Shown here: one piece after another, positions 1-9,693 of the stretch | Layout: each line of letters starts with the position of its first letter | Numbering within the stretch: the first letter of the stretch is position 1 | NCBI GenBank assembly: GCA_040143965.1 | Contig: JASJQH010000027.1 | Coordinates: 1 to 45,150 of the forward strand | Reading direction: 5' to 3' | Length of the DNA: 45,150 nucleotides | Source of the DNA: Basidiobolus ranarum | Taxonomy: Eukaryota | Position numbers and translations under genes: made by a program | Notes under the pieces: model-generated | Told to the model about the DNA's origin: nothing | What the model saw: the letters and a program-made list of their open reading frames with translations, nothing else | The model's database searches: none

Positions 1-333
1 ATTTGGAAGTGTTTTGGACAAGATTTGGATTTGTGAATTAGACACTTAAGTTTTATTGAATTGAATATGTCCTATTTATAGTTTACTATGAAATAGAACT
101 ATTGGATGTGCTTAGATCATAACAAACATGCCTGTTAAGCATGGGTGAAAATTTGAGGTGGTTTGGAGAAGTTTTGAGAAAATAGTGAAAATTGGTAAAA
201 GTGATCTAATTGCTATTTCTATAAATTAGAGCAATAAACACATGTTTTTGAAAGACAGAATTGAGTACTAAATAATCAGAATATGAATAAACTAACTACT
301 AAATAATGAGTTGCTATTTACCTAATTTCAACA
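1..333 (-). mobile_element. Copia-type LTR (partial, runs off the left edge)
   Basis: Minus strand starts TGTTGAAATTAG at 333, matching the start of the LTR at 2092 (TATTGAAATTAG). It shares AAACTATAAAT, TCAATAAA and CACTTCCAA blocks at equivalent distances. No PPT precedes it, so it is a 5' or solo LTR. Confidence 0.65.
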
Positions 334-344
334 TTCCAACTCAG

Positions 345-1720
345 CCATGCAGATAACTGGGAAGAACTTAATACAGAGTGGCACAATATTGAAAGATATG
401 TGCCAGATTGCTGGAAGACTGTTGATGCAGCAAGCTTAATGCAATGGTGGGCTCTAATGGAGATTTTGATACAAACAGATGTTGAATATGGGCAAAACTG
501 TGAGTATGAAGAGCTCTATAAACATATTCAGGAGAATGTATCAAAGAAACTAGAGATTTCAAAGGTGAGATCGTAGCAATCAAGTGCTAAATGTATAATA
601 TTTGAGTTGTATTTTTTGCTCATGTGTCCATCCATAATTTTTGAGATTGTAGCATATCATATGCAACTATCTTCTGCAATATTGATATTGCACTCCTGAA
701 ACTAAATAAGAAGAGTGCATCAGAGAAGAGTGGAAGCAACTTTTAACTCTACTTTGAGAGAATACTAAATCTTGATGCCTTCAGATGTCTGCAAGAAAAT
801 ATTCAACAAAGCTTATGCTGATAGAAAGCTTAAAATGAGAAACAGGAATTTTGCTTATGAGTTTGCAAAGTTACAATTTAACTTGTGTTTTTGCCTGTAT
901 GACTGAAAGCAACCATTGCAGCCTCAACTTTCAAGGCAAAAGAATTTAGGTAATACCTCTAACAAGGGAAGAACCCAACAAGTTGATTCATTGGTTAATA
1001 GTATACATTGACTTCAATGCCCGTTTGGAAGAGTCTGTGATGTTTCAAAACCAAAGTTCTAGTCAGAGGTTTCTGGATCTATTTGATATGGTTTATTCTG
1101 GGTTTTAGCAAGCAAATGGCAATTGGGCTGATACAGACCTCCTCATGAAACATCTCAAAAATGTACACAATTATTCACTTGGAAATGAATGAAAAGCAGC
1201 TAAGGATGTACTCAAGTAACAGGAAGTTAGTAAACCCTGGCAAAAGCAAAGGAGCAAGTGATCTTAGGATAAACTGTCCCACATACCAAATCCTTCACCA
1301 CCCAATAAACATATGTATCTCTGGGGGCAGCTGTACAGGTTGAAAGGTTTAATCTACTATACAACCAAATACACCAGTTGGAAGGGATCAAAAACTGAAA
1401 GTTTATCCACCACCTGGCAACTCTCAATAAGCTAAAGCATCAGCATGTAATACACATGGCTCTCCAATTTAAAGTAGTACTTCTCAAACTGTCAAAATTA
1501 GGCCCAAACTTAAAGGCAAGTCTAAGGCTACCCAAACACCACTAGGCTGCATAAAAATAGTAAAAGTACCTGAACAGTATTTTCAAGTGTATGAAGGGAA
1601 AAATTCAGTGCAAGTGTGCAGAATGTGGCTTTAGAAAAAGAACATTCAACTTGACTTCAAGTCAGGTGTTGACCATGCAGATATCTGGGAAGAACCTAAT
1701 ACAGAGTAACAGAATTTTGA
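345..1720 (+). pseudogene. Degenerate, CpG-depleted coding relic (probably transposon-derived), internally duplicated
   Basis: Protein-like frames broken by stops (HADNWEELNTEWHNIERY...; FDMVYSGF*QANG...KHLKNVH). About 48 bp at 345-392 recurs at 1673-1720. Family not identified. Confidence 0.4.
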
Positions 1721-1741
1721 TTTTTTGAGGGTTGCCTTTTG

Positions 1742-2080
1742 CCAGAAGCTGAATATATGGCTGCCTGTGAAGCAACAAAAGAAGCAATATGGCTAAAAAA
1801 ACTCTTAACAGATTTGGGTTATTCTCAAAATTCACCAACCACAATAATTCAAGATAATCAAAATTATATCAATTTAGCTGAAAATCCCATGTTTCATAAT
1901 AGAAGCAAACATATAGATATTAGGCATCACTTTATTAGAGAGACTATAGAGAATAAGTTTAGAAAGTTAACTTATTGTTCTACAGAAGATATGATTGCTG
2001 ATATTTTAATCAAACCATTAGCTAGACAGAAATTTGAGAAATTTAGACCTTTATTAGGATTAGTTTATATGACCATTTAG
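1742..2080 (+). mobile_element. Ty1/copia pol C-terminal RNase H fragment (5'-truncated)
   Basis: EAEYMAA..ATKEAIWL, DNQ, NPMFHNRSKHIDIRHHFIRE and STEDMIADILIKPL are hallmark copia RNase H motifs. No reverse transcriptase domain is recognisable upstream. Confidence 0.93.
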
Positions 2081-2082
2081 TT

Positions 2083-2454
2083 GAGGGAGAGTATTGAAAT
2101 TAGCATTGCCTAAACACCTATATAGTCATATGTAGCTTAGTACTCAGTTATCTTATAATTCACCAAGATATTATCCATTATTTTCAATTGGAATTTACTT
2201 AGAATATTTTTACCAACTTAGAAGTTCTCAGATATATAGATTTTTCAAACTTGTGCTAGAAGCCCCAAACTTTGCACACATGTACCTAGGATCTTTCTGC
2301 ACACATTCTACATGTTATTTTGCTTACATCTTGACAAAACTATAAATGTCAACTGAATACTCAATAAATCAGTAAGTGAAAACCACCAATTTCTCTGATT
2401 CTCCAAACCACTTCCAACAGGCTCCTAAATACTTTAACAAACAATACATTAACA
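2083..2454 (+). mobile_element. Polypurine tract (2083-2091) and 3' LTR of the copia remnant
   Basis: GAGGGAGAG right after the pol stop, then TATTG (decayed TGTTG) at 2092; TATAAA at 2341, AATAAA at ~2363. Right end is ...AACA at 2454 (alternatives 2419 or 2439). Confidence 0.75.
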
Positions 2455-3656
2455 GTACTTGGTATTTCTTATTGCAGCTCAGCTACAATATGCAAGGGTC
2501 TTTTTCAATTGAAGAAGCTCCAATGGAATATTTACAGCATTTCAAAATTTTGAACAAATTGCTGGCTTTAAATATTACAGAAATTTATTTCTTGCCTACC
2601 TAATGCTGATCACTCACATCATATTGACTTCAGGGCACAAAAACCCACTTAACAATGTATAACTAATTTATGAAGAATAGAGTGAGTAGTAAACTGAATA
2701 GCAACAAACTTTCACAAAAAGAAGTCTACCAAAGATAACCCAAGAAAGATTTAGCCTGCACAAACAGAACTAATAAGCATCGAAATTGGAGAAAGCCAAT
2801 ACGTATAAAGTATGGCACATGAACAGAATTAGGAATTTGGAATTAGTAGAATGCATAGATCTAGATGAAAAATTCGATTAGTTCAAATATTCAATTATTC
2901 TTAAATACCAGATCATCAACTCTTGGCATTGAGAAAGGCGCCACAAATCCACCTCATATCGATGCTTGTGAATGCCTGTGATATTTCCACCTCGGTTGCA
3001 CTTTACTTCGGTTGTAATTTACCGCGGCTGAGAATTATTCCTTGATTATTGTCTCAACCATGTATTAATTGTTTGTGGCGATTTTGTTTGCTTAAAACAG
3101 ACTACGCTGGGTTGGTTGGTTTCAGTAAATGAATCAAGTCAGTGCAAAGGTGAATAATAAGATTTATTTGTTTCGAAAAGGGATTGTTATTCTACCAATA
3201 ACCATACGTAAAACGATCGGATTTGATAAGATCTTCGATATTATCTTGGGCTGTAAGCTTATTTTGAACCTGATTAACCCCTAACCCTATGAAAGGTTTT
3301 ATTTATCCCCATAGACTTACCAATACAGGTAACAAATCTTCCCTCTTTGAATTTGGAACATTCTAATGGTGACAAGTAAAACGTGGCTTCCATATGAGTT
3401 GTGTTCACGTGACTAGATGGGCTGGATACTTCGATGAAAACAAGTAGTGAGCATTTATTTATTGATGTTTATGAAATGGGCATTTTCGAGTACTTCACTA
3501 TCATGAGCGAGTAAGCCAATCAAGGATTGCAGTGGGGTTTAATCTATACAGAACCCTTTACAGCACCATAAGCCACTTTGATTTGTATTTAAGAAACTAG
3601 TTTGTCCGAGAATCCATTCACAAACATCGGTTCTTCCCAAACCTCTATCAGCATCA

Positions 3657-3833
3657 ATGGCTTTGCAGCGTCAAGATTCCCAAACCTCTACTAAATCTCA
3701 ATCTAGCTCAGTAAAGAAATTAGAGTTGGATCGACATGTGCCTGAAATCGTCCTAAGACGTCGGAACGCCATCGTAGAATCCATGTTTCATTCTGTGAAG
3801 TCCTGGCAGATTCCTATCGTCAGCTCACATTAG
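3657..3833 (+). CDS. Putative 58-aa microprotein with an RRRNAI (PKI-like) motif; absent from the ORF track
   Basis: ATG in ATCAATGG context; MALQRQDSQTSTKSQSSSVKKLELDRHVPEIVLRRRNAIVESMFHSVKSWQIPIVSSH*. Upstream E-box TCACGTGAC (3405), CCAAT (3516), TATTTAA (3586); downstream AATAAA (3948). Confidence 0.55.
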   Translation: MALQRQDSQTSTKSQSSSVKKLELDRHVPEIVLRRRNAIVESMFHSVKSWQIPIVSSH

Positions 3834-4029
3834 TGTATTTCAGCACAGCACCAGCACCAACGACATCCCAACAATATCCTCTGACTGCAGTCACAGTTGT
3901 ACACTTTCCATATAGAACAATCATGTAAATATCCGACCAGTATATTAAATAAAATTCCGATCAAGTTTTATTTCTTGAATTCTAGCATTGACGTTGACGT
4001 TGATTCAATGTTATCTCTTGGATTCTAAA

Positions 4030-5145
4030 TCATACAACTGTTCCAATCTCCGACGTGCCTTTCATGGTCAGATGTCCATGTTGATTGACGGCCCAAAGTT
4101 CGTAGGATTCTCCACAGTTGGACTGTTTACCGCAAATGGTGAATGGCTCATTGACATACATGGGATGAAGAGCTCGATAAGTGAATAACTTGATGTACTT
4201 GTTGGAGGGAAGGTTCTCGCCCAAGAGCTCCAGGAGTAAGGTAGTTGTAAGAGGTCCTTGTACCAGGCACGCTTTGAATCAAGGATGAGTACGAAAGAAT
4301 GTCACAAATTGTTTACCGTTCGCAGGATTACCTGGGTATTTTTCGATATTCTTCGCGTAGTTGTGATCATAATGTATCAGATGAGTGTTGAACGTCAATG
4401 CAGAATACCTAAAAATCATAACAGATGTTGGGTTGATAATTTTGGAAAAATCTGGCTGTCTACGCGCTAAATATTGTTGTGTTAATAACTTATACAATAT
4501 GAAAGTAGGGATTTCTAAGGAGTTTGTATATATACCTTTGATACCTCTAGTTTCATTGTTGTTAGTATGCTCGGGAGCTCTCATGTAGGCCAAACATCTA
4601 ACGTCTTTTGCAGAGAGTCCATGTTCATTCGTAAGGTCTTTTTCTAGGGTCACAAGAACGGTTTCTCCTTGACTTCCATTAAGAACACTGATATCCTGAC
4701 ACTTTGTGGTCATGGTAACCTTTTGGCCAACAGTTATCGGGTTGGAATCAACTAAATGAAGAGCTCCAGAAGCCCACATGCGGCGTCTAAAAGGCTCAGG
4801 TGGTCTGAAGCAAGCCTCGTACCCATCCGAGGACAAATCTTCTTGTCGATACCTAGGGGGGAAAAAGGCTAAATGCCAGTTGGGAGGTAATAGAGTACCT
4901 GCTTCAGGCAAGCTTATATTCTTTCTATTCAAAACAAGTGCCATCAATTGACAGATTGACGGGGTGATAATATCAGTCTCGACATTTACTTGGCTAAGTG
5001 AAGTGCTCTTCCACTGTTGAAATGTATCTACTGGAGTTGTGGTTTGACTTTGAAATCTAGAAGGGGTTTTCGCACTTAGATAGGGATAAATGTTTAAATA
5101 ATGGATTGGCTTTCTTTTGGTGGAAATAGTGACACGCTTTAGCAT
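4030..5145 (-). CDS. HTD2: MaoC/hot-dog fold hydratase, HTD2 / mesaconyl-C4-CoA hydratase-like, probably mitochondrial (3 exons)
   Basis: LSSDGY, PPEPFRRRMWASG, FRYSALTFNTHLIHYD, YPACLVQGPL, FTYRALHPMYVNEP. Introns 4467-4535 and 4272-4331 join the ORFs in frame. Basic N-terminal presequence. Confidence 0.85.
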
Positions 5146-5366
5146 ATTGTAGGTTCTATGCATGAAATAATGGTCAAAGAGATCAGCCAAGATAAATCCT
5201 TAATTGATACAAATGGAAATTCCATCATCATGCTTTACAATCAATTCAGATTTGGATGGGTTCATCTCGACTTTTGCAAGTCCAACCAAGATAAAAATTT
5301 AATCAGTTACTCAGTCGCAACTTACACAGCTCCATTCAATCAGTCTCCATTATTACCACATACACT

Positions 5367-5588
5367 ATGAGTTCAGAATCAACTACCGAGTCAAAGCTGA
5401 AGGTTGAAACTCAGGCGACCGAGGAAGAGGAGGAAGAAGACGAGTATGAATTAAGAATAAAAAAAACTGGATGTTACGACGAGAATGAGGCTCTTCAGCT
5501 CTGCTTCTATGATACCAAGGACTGGAGACAATGTAAAGACGAAATGGAGAAGTTTAGATCTTGTTGGAAAAAACATCAAAACCAGTAG
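5367..5588 (+). CDS. COA4: Twin CX9C cytochrome c oxidase assembly factor 4 (Cmc3)
   Basis: RIKKTGCYDENEALQLC...KDWRQCKDEMEKFRSCWK: two CX9C motifs in the Coa4 family context. Confidence 0.9.
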   Translation: MSSESTTESKLKVETQATEEEEEEDEYELRIKKTGCYDENEALQLCFYDTKDWRQCKDEMEKFRSCWKKHQNQ

Positions 5589-5870
5589 AACTTTATTTTC
5601 CCTCTGTTTAAGTTTATTTTTTGGATATTCACTGGGTGTTCTTACAATAACGAACTTGAACAATTTCAATAAAGCAATACTAGGGTGGACTATCATTTTA
5701 TGTTAGCAACTCGAATATTTTTCATCCATTGCCTTTTTAGCAGATATGTTTGTTCTAAACAGTATTCACGTGATAGACTGAATATTTATTTGATGGATTT
5801 TCCTGCGTATCTAGAATATGTGAGAAGCCCGAAGTTCACCCGCTAGTATCAGTCAGATGGCTGTTCCATT

Positions 5871-5973
5871 ATCATGGCAAATCAACAGTTAGAGTCATGG
5901 AAAACTATACATAAAAATCATGGCAAATCAACAGTTAGAGTCATGGAAAACTATACATAAAAATCATGGCAAA
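5871..5973. repeat. Perfect tandem repeat, 46-bp unit x2.2
   Basis: ATCATGGCAAATCAACAGTTAGAGTCATGGAAAACTATACATAAAA at 5871 and 5917, partial third copy at 5963. Confidence 0.95.
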
Positions 5974-6437
5974 CTCGGACTTGGCATGAACTTCGATAGT
6001 ATTATATGTGAAACATGTCAAATGATCTTGTGCGAATGCTTTTGAATTAGTTTACTCTATGCTTAAAGCAACATCGATTTTCGACAAGCCACTCTAGAAA
6101 CTAGTGAGTCTCGCCCCTTCAACCATTGCTACATTCACATATTTAGTTTAATACATGCCGTGGTAATTCCGAGCATCGCCTTAACGCCCACCGAAGATAT
6201 CGAAAATACTGGGCGTACAGTTTCTGGGATAAGTCCTATCCCGTCTACATTCGTTGATGGAAGTATATTGTCCCACGAATACTGAAGAACTCCTAGTTGA
6301 TGGTATGTTGGCCCTAAATTCATTACCCATCCATGCATCACTGATTTGCCATATCAACACTGATTATGCTCTACCTAGCCTCCAACAATAACATTTGATA
6401 ATTTGTTGAGGTACCACTAGTTTTTATTTATAGGTAA

Positions 6438-7637
6438 TTACCGAATGACTTGGTTAACTTTGCCTTCAGATTCAATTATACCATGCTCTAGTTTAAACAC
6501 TGGAAGCTCAAACACTTCAGGATCAAATTCCTCGAGGGTGTCGTAGACTGCAATAGCTCCACTATCACCTTCAACTCTGGAACGAACGTTGGGATCTGGG
6601 ACCCAACATACCTGCAAACGAAAATAATCAGTAAGTTAAGTTAATGATTACTTCTCCTGGGTTAACTTACATGCATACCGGCAGCTAAACCTGCCTCTAC
6701 ACCACTAACAGAATCTTCGAAAACTAGACAGTTTTCAGGTGCTGGATTTCCTATTAATTTAGCAGCTTCAAGGAAGATATCGGGAGAAGGTTTGCCATGT
6801 TTTACCCGTGGGTCATCACCGCAAATAACATCGTCAAACAGTTTGAACAACTCTTGATTACGAGATGTTTTTAACAAAAAGTTTTCTTTATGAGAGGATG
6901 TAGCAACCTATCAGGTATTTTGAATTAAGGCTAAGGATTTAATTGCACACAGTCTACTTGTTTACTTACCACCATAGGAATCCCATGACCTTTCAGATAA
7001 TGCAAGAGTCTCTAAAGACACCAAAACAGTTGAGTATGGTACTTGGTTATTGATTTAGCATTTTGGTTTACCTCAACCCCAGGAAGGGGACTAGCGAGGG
7101 GGAACTTGTGCTCCTATAATTAAGCAAGTATTGTGTTCAGTGATGATTTTTTGATGGCGTATAGATCTAGTGAATTACCTCTAATCTCTTTTTCTCGGCG
7201 ATATATTGTTCAGGAGTTACAGGAAGTTCTAATTCCTTGATTAACAGCTTGGTAACCTAAAATTTCAATCAATAACTATTCATTATTTCTATATACAAGT
7301 AGATGGTACAAACATCCTCTTGTGTACGACCCATGCAACGCATCTTCAGGTCCCAGGTAAACTTCTTTCCGTTTCCTGAGCCAAATTTCTCAACGATCTC
7401 CTCTGTGAATGAAATATAGGATCAGTAAGATGTTATAGTTTACACAACGTGTCAAACATATATTGGTTAATAAATATGTCATAATATATTCTTACGTGTA
7501 ACTTCGGTATAAACACGCTCTGTATCCTACATGACATATTTTAGAGATGAAGGCACAAATCTTGATAAAAAAGAGCGTAAAAAACATACGAGCAGCAGTC
7601 CATCCATGTCAAAAATGCAATGAGTTATCTTAGGCAT
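6438..7637 (-). CDS. PUDP: HAD-superfamily phosphatase, pseudouridine-5'-phosphatase (HDHD1/GS1-like), 8 exons
   Basis: Spliced product MPKITHCIFDMDGLLL|DTERVYTE..., VATSS, GKPSPDIFL, CLVFEDSVSGVEAG, VCWVPDP..LEEFDPEVFELP; seven short GT-AG introns traced in frame. Confidence 0.88.
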
Positions 7638-8184
7638 CTTGGAGATTGTTGATGATTAACGAATAACAAAGAGAACACAAGTTCACACAAACCAACGTAT
7701 AAAGTCCGTCAAATGGTTAAATAAAACTGGAACTCGCCCTGACCCTAAAATAATTCCTACAGTCGATCGAAAAATTTAGATCAGTGAAATCACACTGGCA
7801 TATAGTTCAAAAAGGTATCATTCATAATGTACCCATAGTCAGTAATAGAGTTGAGATTACACCAAAAAACCAGATAAATTTGCTGCAGCAGTCACTGGAT
7901 TGTTTAGCGCGCAATTTCTCAGGTTCTATCCCCATGATTTTTTGTACTATCTCTGGATTCACACACACAATGTGACCCAAAAATATACCAGCACCAGGAA
8001 AAAAATAGTTCCGTCTTTATAAGCTCAAATTCTACCTTATCACCATTAGCCTCAGCCTTCATTCTGATTTTACACATAATCTGGGTGCATTTATTCCTTG
8101 TGATTTGACTTCTTTATTTACGACATCCAACTCATAGAACTGTTTATAATACTATACTGTAGTATATACTAGCTACGACTCATA

Positions 8185-9006
8185 ATGAGTGTCATACCCC
8201 ACTTTGATTCCTACTCTGGAGTACCAGAATATACCGTCAGCTGTATATCTGAGCACCCTCCGTTAGCATTCCCTTCTTCTCACAGCTCAGTTTCCATTAG
8301 CCTTTGTCTTGATGACTCGCCCGACTTTTTCAATAGTCTCAAGCCAACGGACATTAGTACACTAGATGACCTAGCCGCACCAATCCCCAATGAGGGTGAA
8401 TTTTTTTTCGTTCCCAATGGCTTTGTACCCGTTCTTATGGTCGAATCCCTCACTTCTGTAATAGAATACAATTTTCCACCCGAGGTTATTCCTTTGACAC
8501 AACCGATTTTTGCCAGCCCTCTTTATCCCGTATCTTCAATGAGGCCCTTCATCTCATCCAACAGGGCTCCCCCACCCACACCTAGTTCAGCTGTTACTCA
8601 GGGAAACCCTGCAAAAGCAAAGAAAGCACCGCGCCCTACTAACGCTTTCATTCTTTTTCGGAGAGAAAACCACGGGAGAATATTCCAACAGAACCCTCAC
8701 TTATCAAATAACGATGTTTCAAAGACCCTGGGCAAAGAATGGAAAGCGCTACCAGAATTTGAAAAAGAAAAGTATCGGAGAAAGGCGAAAAGCCTGCAAC
8801 AAGAACACCAAGAAAAATACCCAGACTACAAGTTTACCCCGCAGCCAAACCGTCGTAAACGAACAAAGCCTGGTCTGGGGGCTGAGATGGATGATGAGCC
8901 TTCTCGTATGTCGCATGCAGAATCAGCCCAAGTCTCTTCTGATGCCCGGCCGCCCCACAATCCCTTCCACATTCTGTATATTCCGAAAGTCAGTGAATAT
9001 AGTTAG
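8185..9006 (+). CDS. Sequence-specific HMG-box transcription factor (MATA/SOX-TCF class), intronless
   Basis: KAPRPTNAFILFRRENH...NPHLSNNDVSKTLGKEWKALPEFEKEKYRRKA...HQEKYPDYKFTP plus a basic tail. Confidence 0.9.
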   Translation: MSVIPHFDSYSGVPEYTVSCISEHPPLAFPSSHSSVSISLCLDDSPDFFNSLKPTDISTLDDLAAPIPNEGEFFFVPNGFVPVLMVESLTSVIEYNFPPEVIPLTQPIFASPLYPVSSMRPFISSNRAPPPTPSSAVTQGNPAKAKKAPRPTNAFILFRRENHGRIFQQNPHLSNNDVSKTLGKEWKALPEFEKEKYRRKAKSLQQEHQEKYPDYKFTPQPNRRKRTKPGLGAEMDDEPSRMSHAESAQVSSDARPPHNPFHILYIPKVSEYS

Positions 9007-9693
9007 ATGATTTTTGCTAGATAACAATATTTCTGCTCATCTTTCCATCACCACATCACTAAATCTGCTCTATATGATTCAATATACTGGTTTTGTACGC
9101 CATTGAATTCCCTAATTTTCCTCAACAATATACACATTTACAGCCGATATAGACTTGCTCTGATCCAAGATCATCGATATAATGGACATGGAAACTGAGC
9201 TTGAAAGGCCGCATTTGGAATGCTGGGAGTCATACAAATTTACTAGCTCTTTCCCAAATGGTTGGTCTCCACCAATCATCTACTCTCATTCGCATTCGCA
9301 TTCAATCATTTATTCCACAATGTTGACGATTGACTAACTTAAGTTTTGGTCTCCACCTTGGCTCTCTACGCTATACAATATATGTAACAACAATAAATGG
9401 GATTTATAGAATTGCATAAACAATGGGGTTGCTCTGCTGAAATCATAATATTCTCCCTAGTCAAATCCATATCCAATTATTTGTTGAATAGTAATTTGCT
9501 GTTTACAAAGTCGCCTATATTGCAGGGTAAGTGTTGATATTAAGCAAGCAAAGTAGTCACAATTCAGTGCTTGACCCATTTTTAATCTCAATTGAATGCG
9601 CCCTAACCTGTTGTTGTATATTCACTAACTTCTTTAACAAAGTGTAAATTCTTTGAGTACAATCACTGTTAAGCTCAAGTGTTCTTCGAAAGG

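Noticed and set aside
2376-2603. 75-aa ORF
   Set aside because: Non-ATG start, overlaps the LTR end, no motif.
5871-5973. Repeat arrays (also 34048, 34360, 40986) as CRISPR
   Set aside because: Head-to-tail copies without unique spacers, no cas genes, eukaryotic context.
6067-6285. Open frame ending ...VVIPSIALTPTEDIENT... downstream of an E-box (5766)
   Set aside because: No ATG in frame, and I could not build a consistent spliced model.
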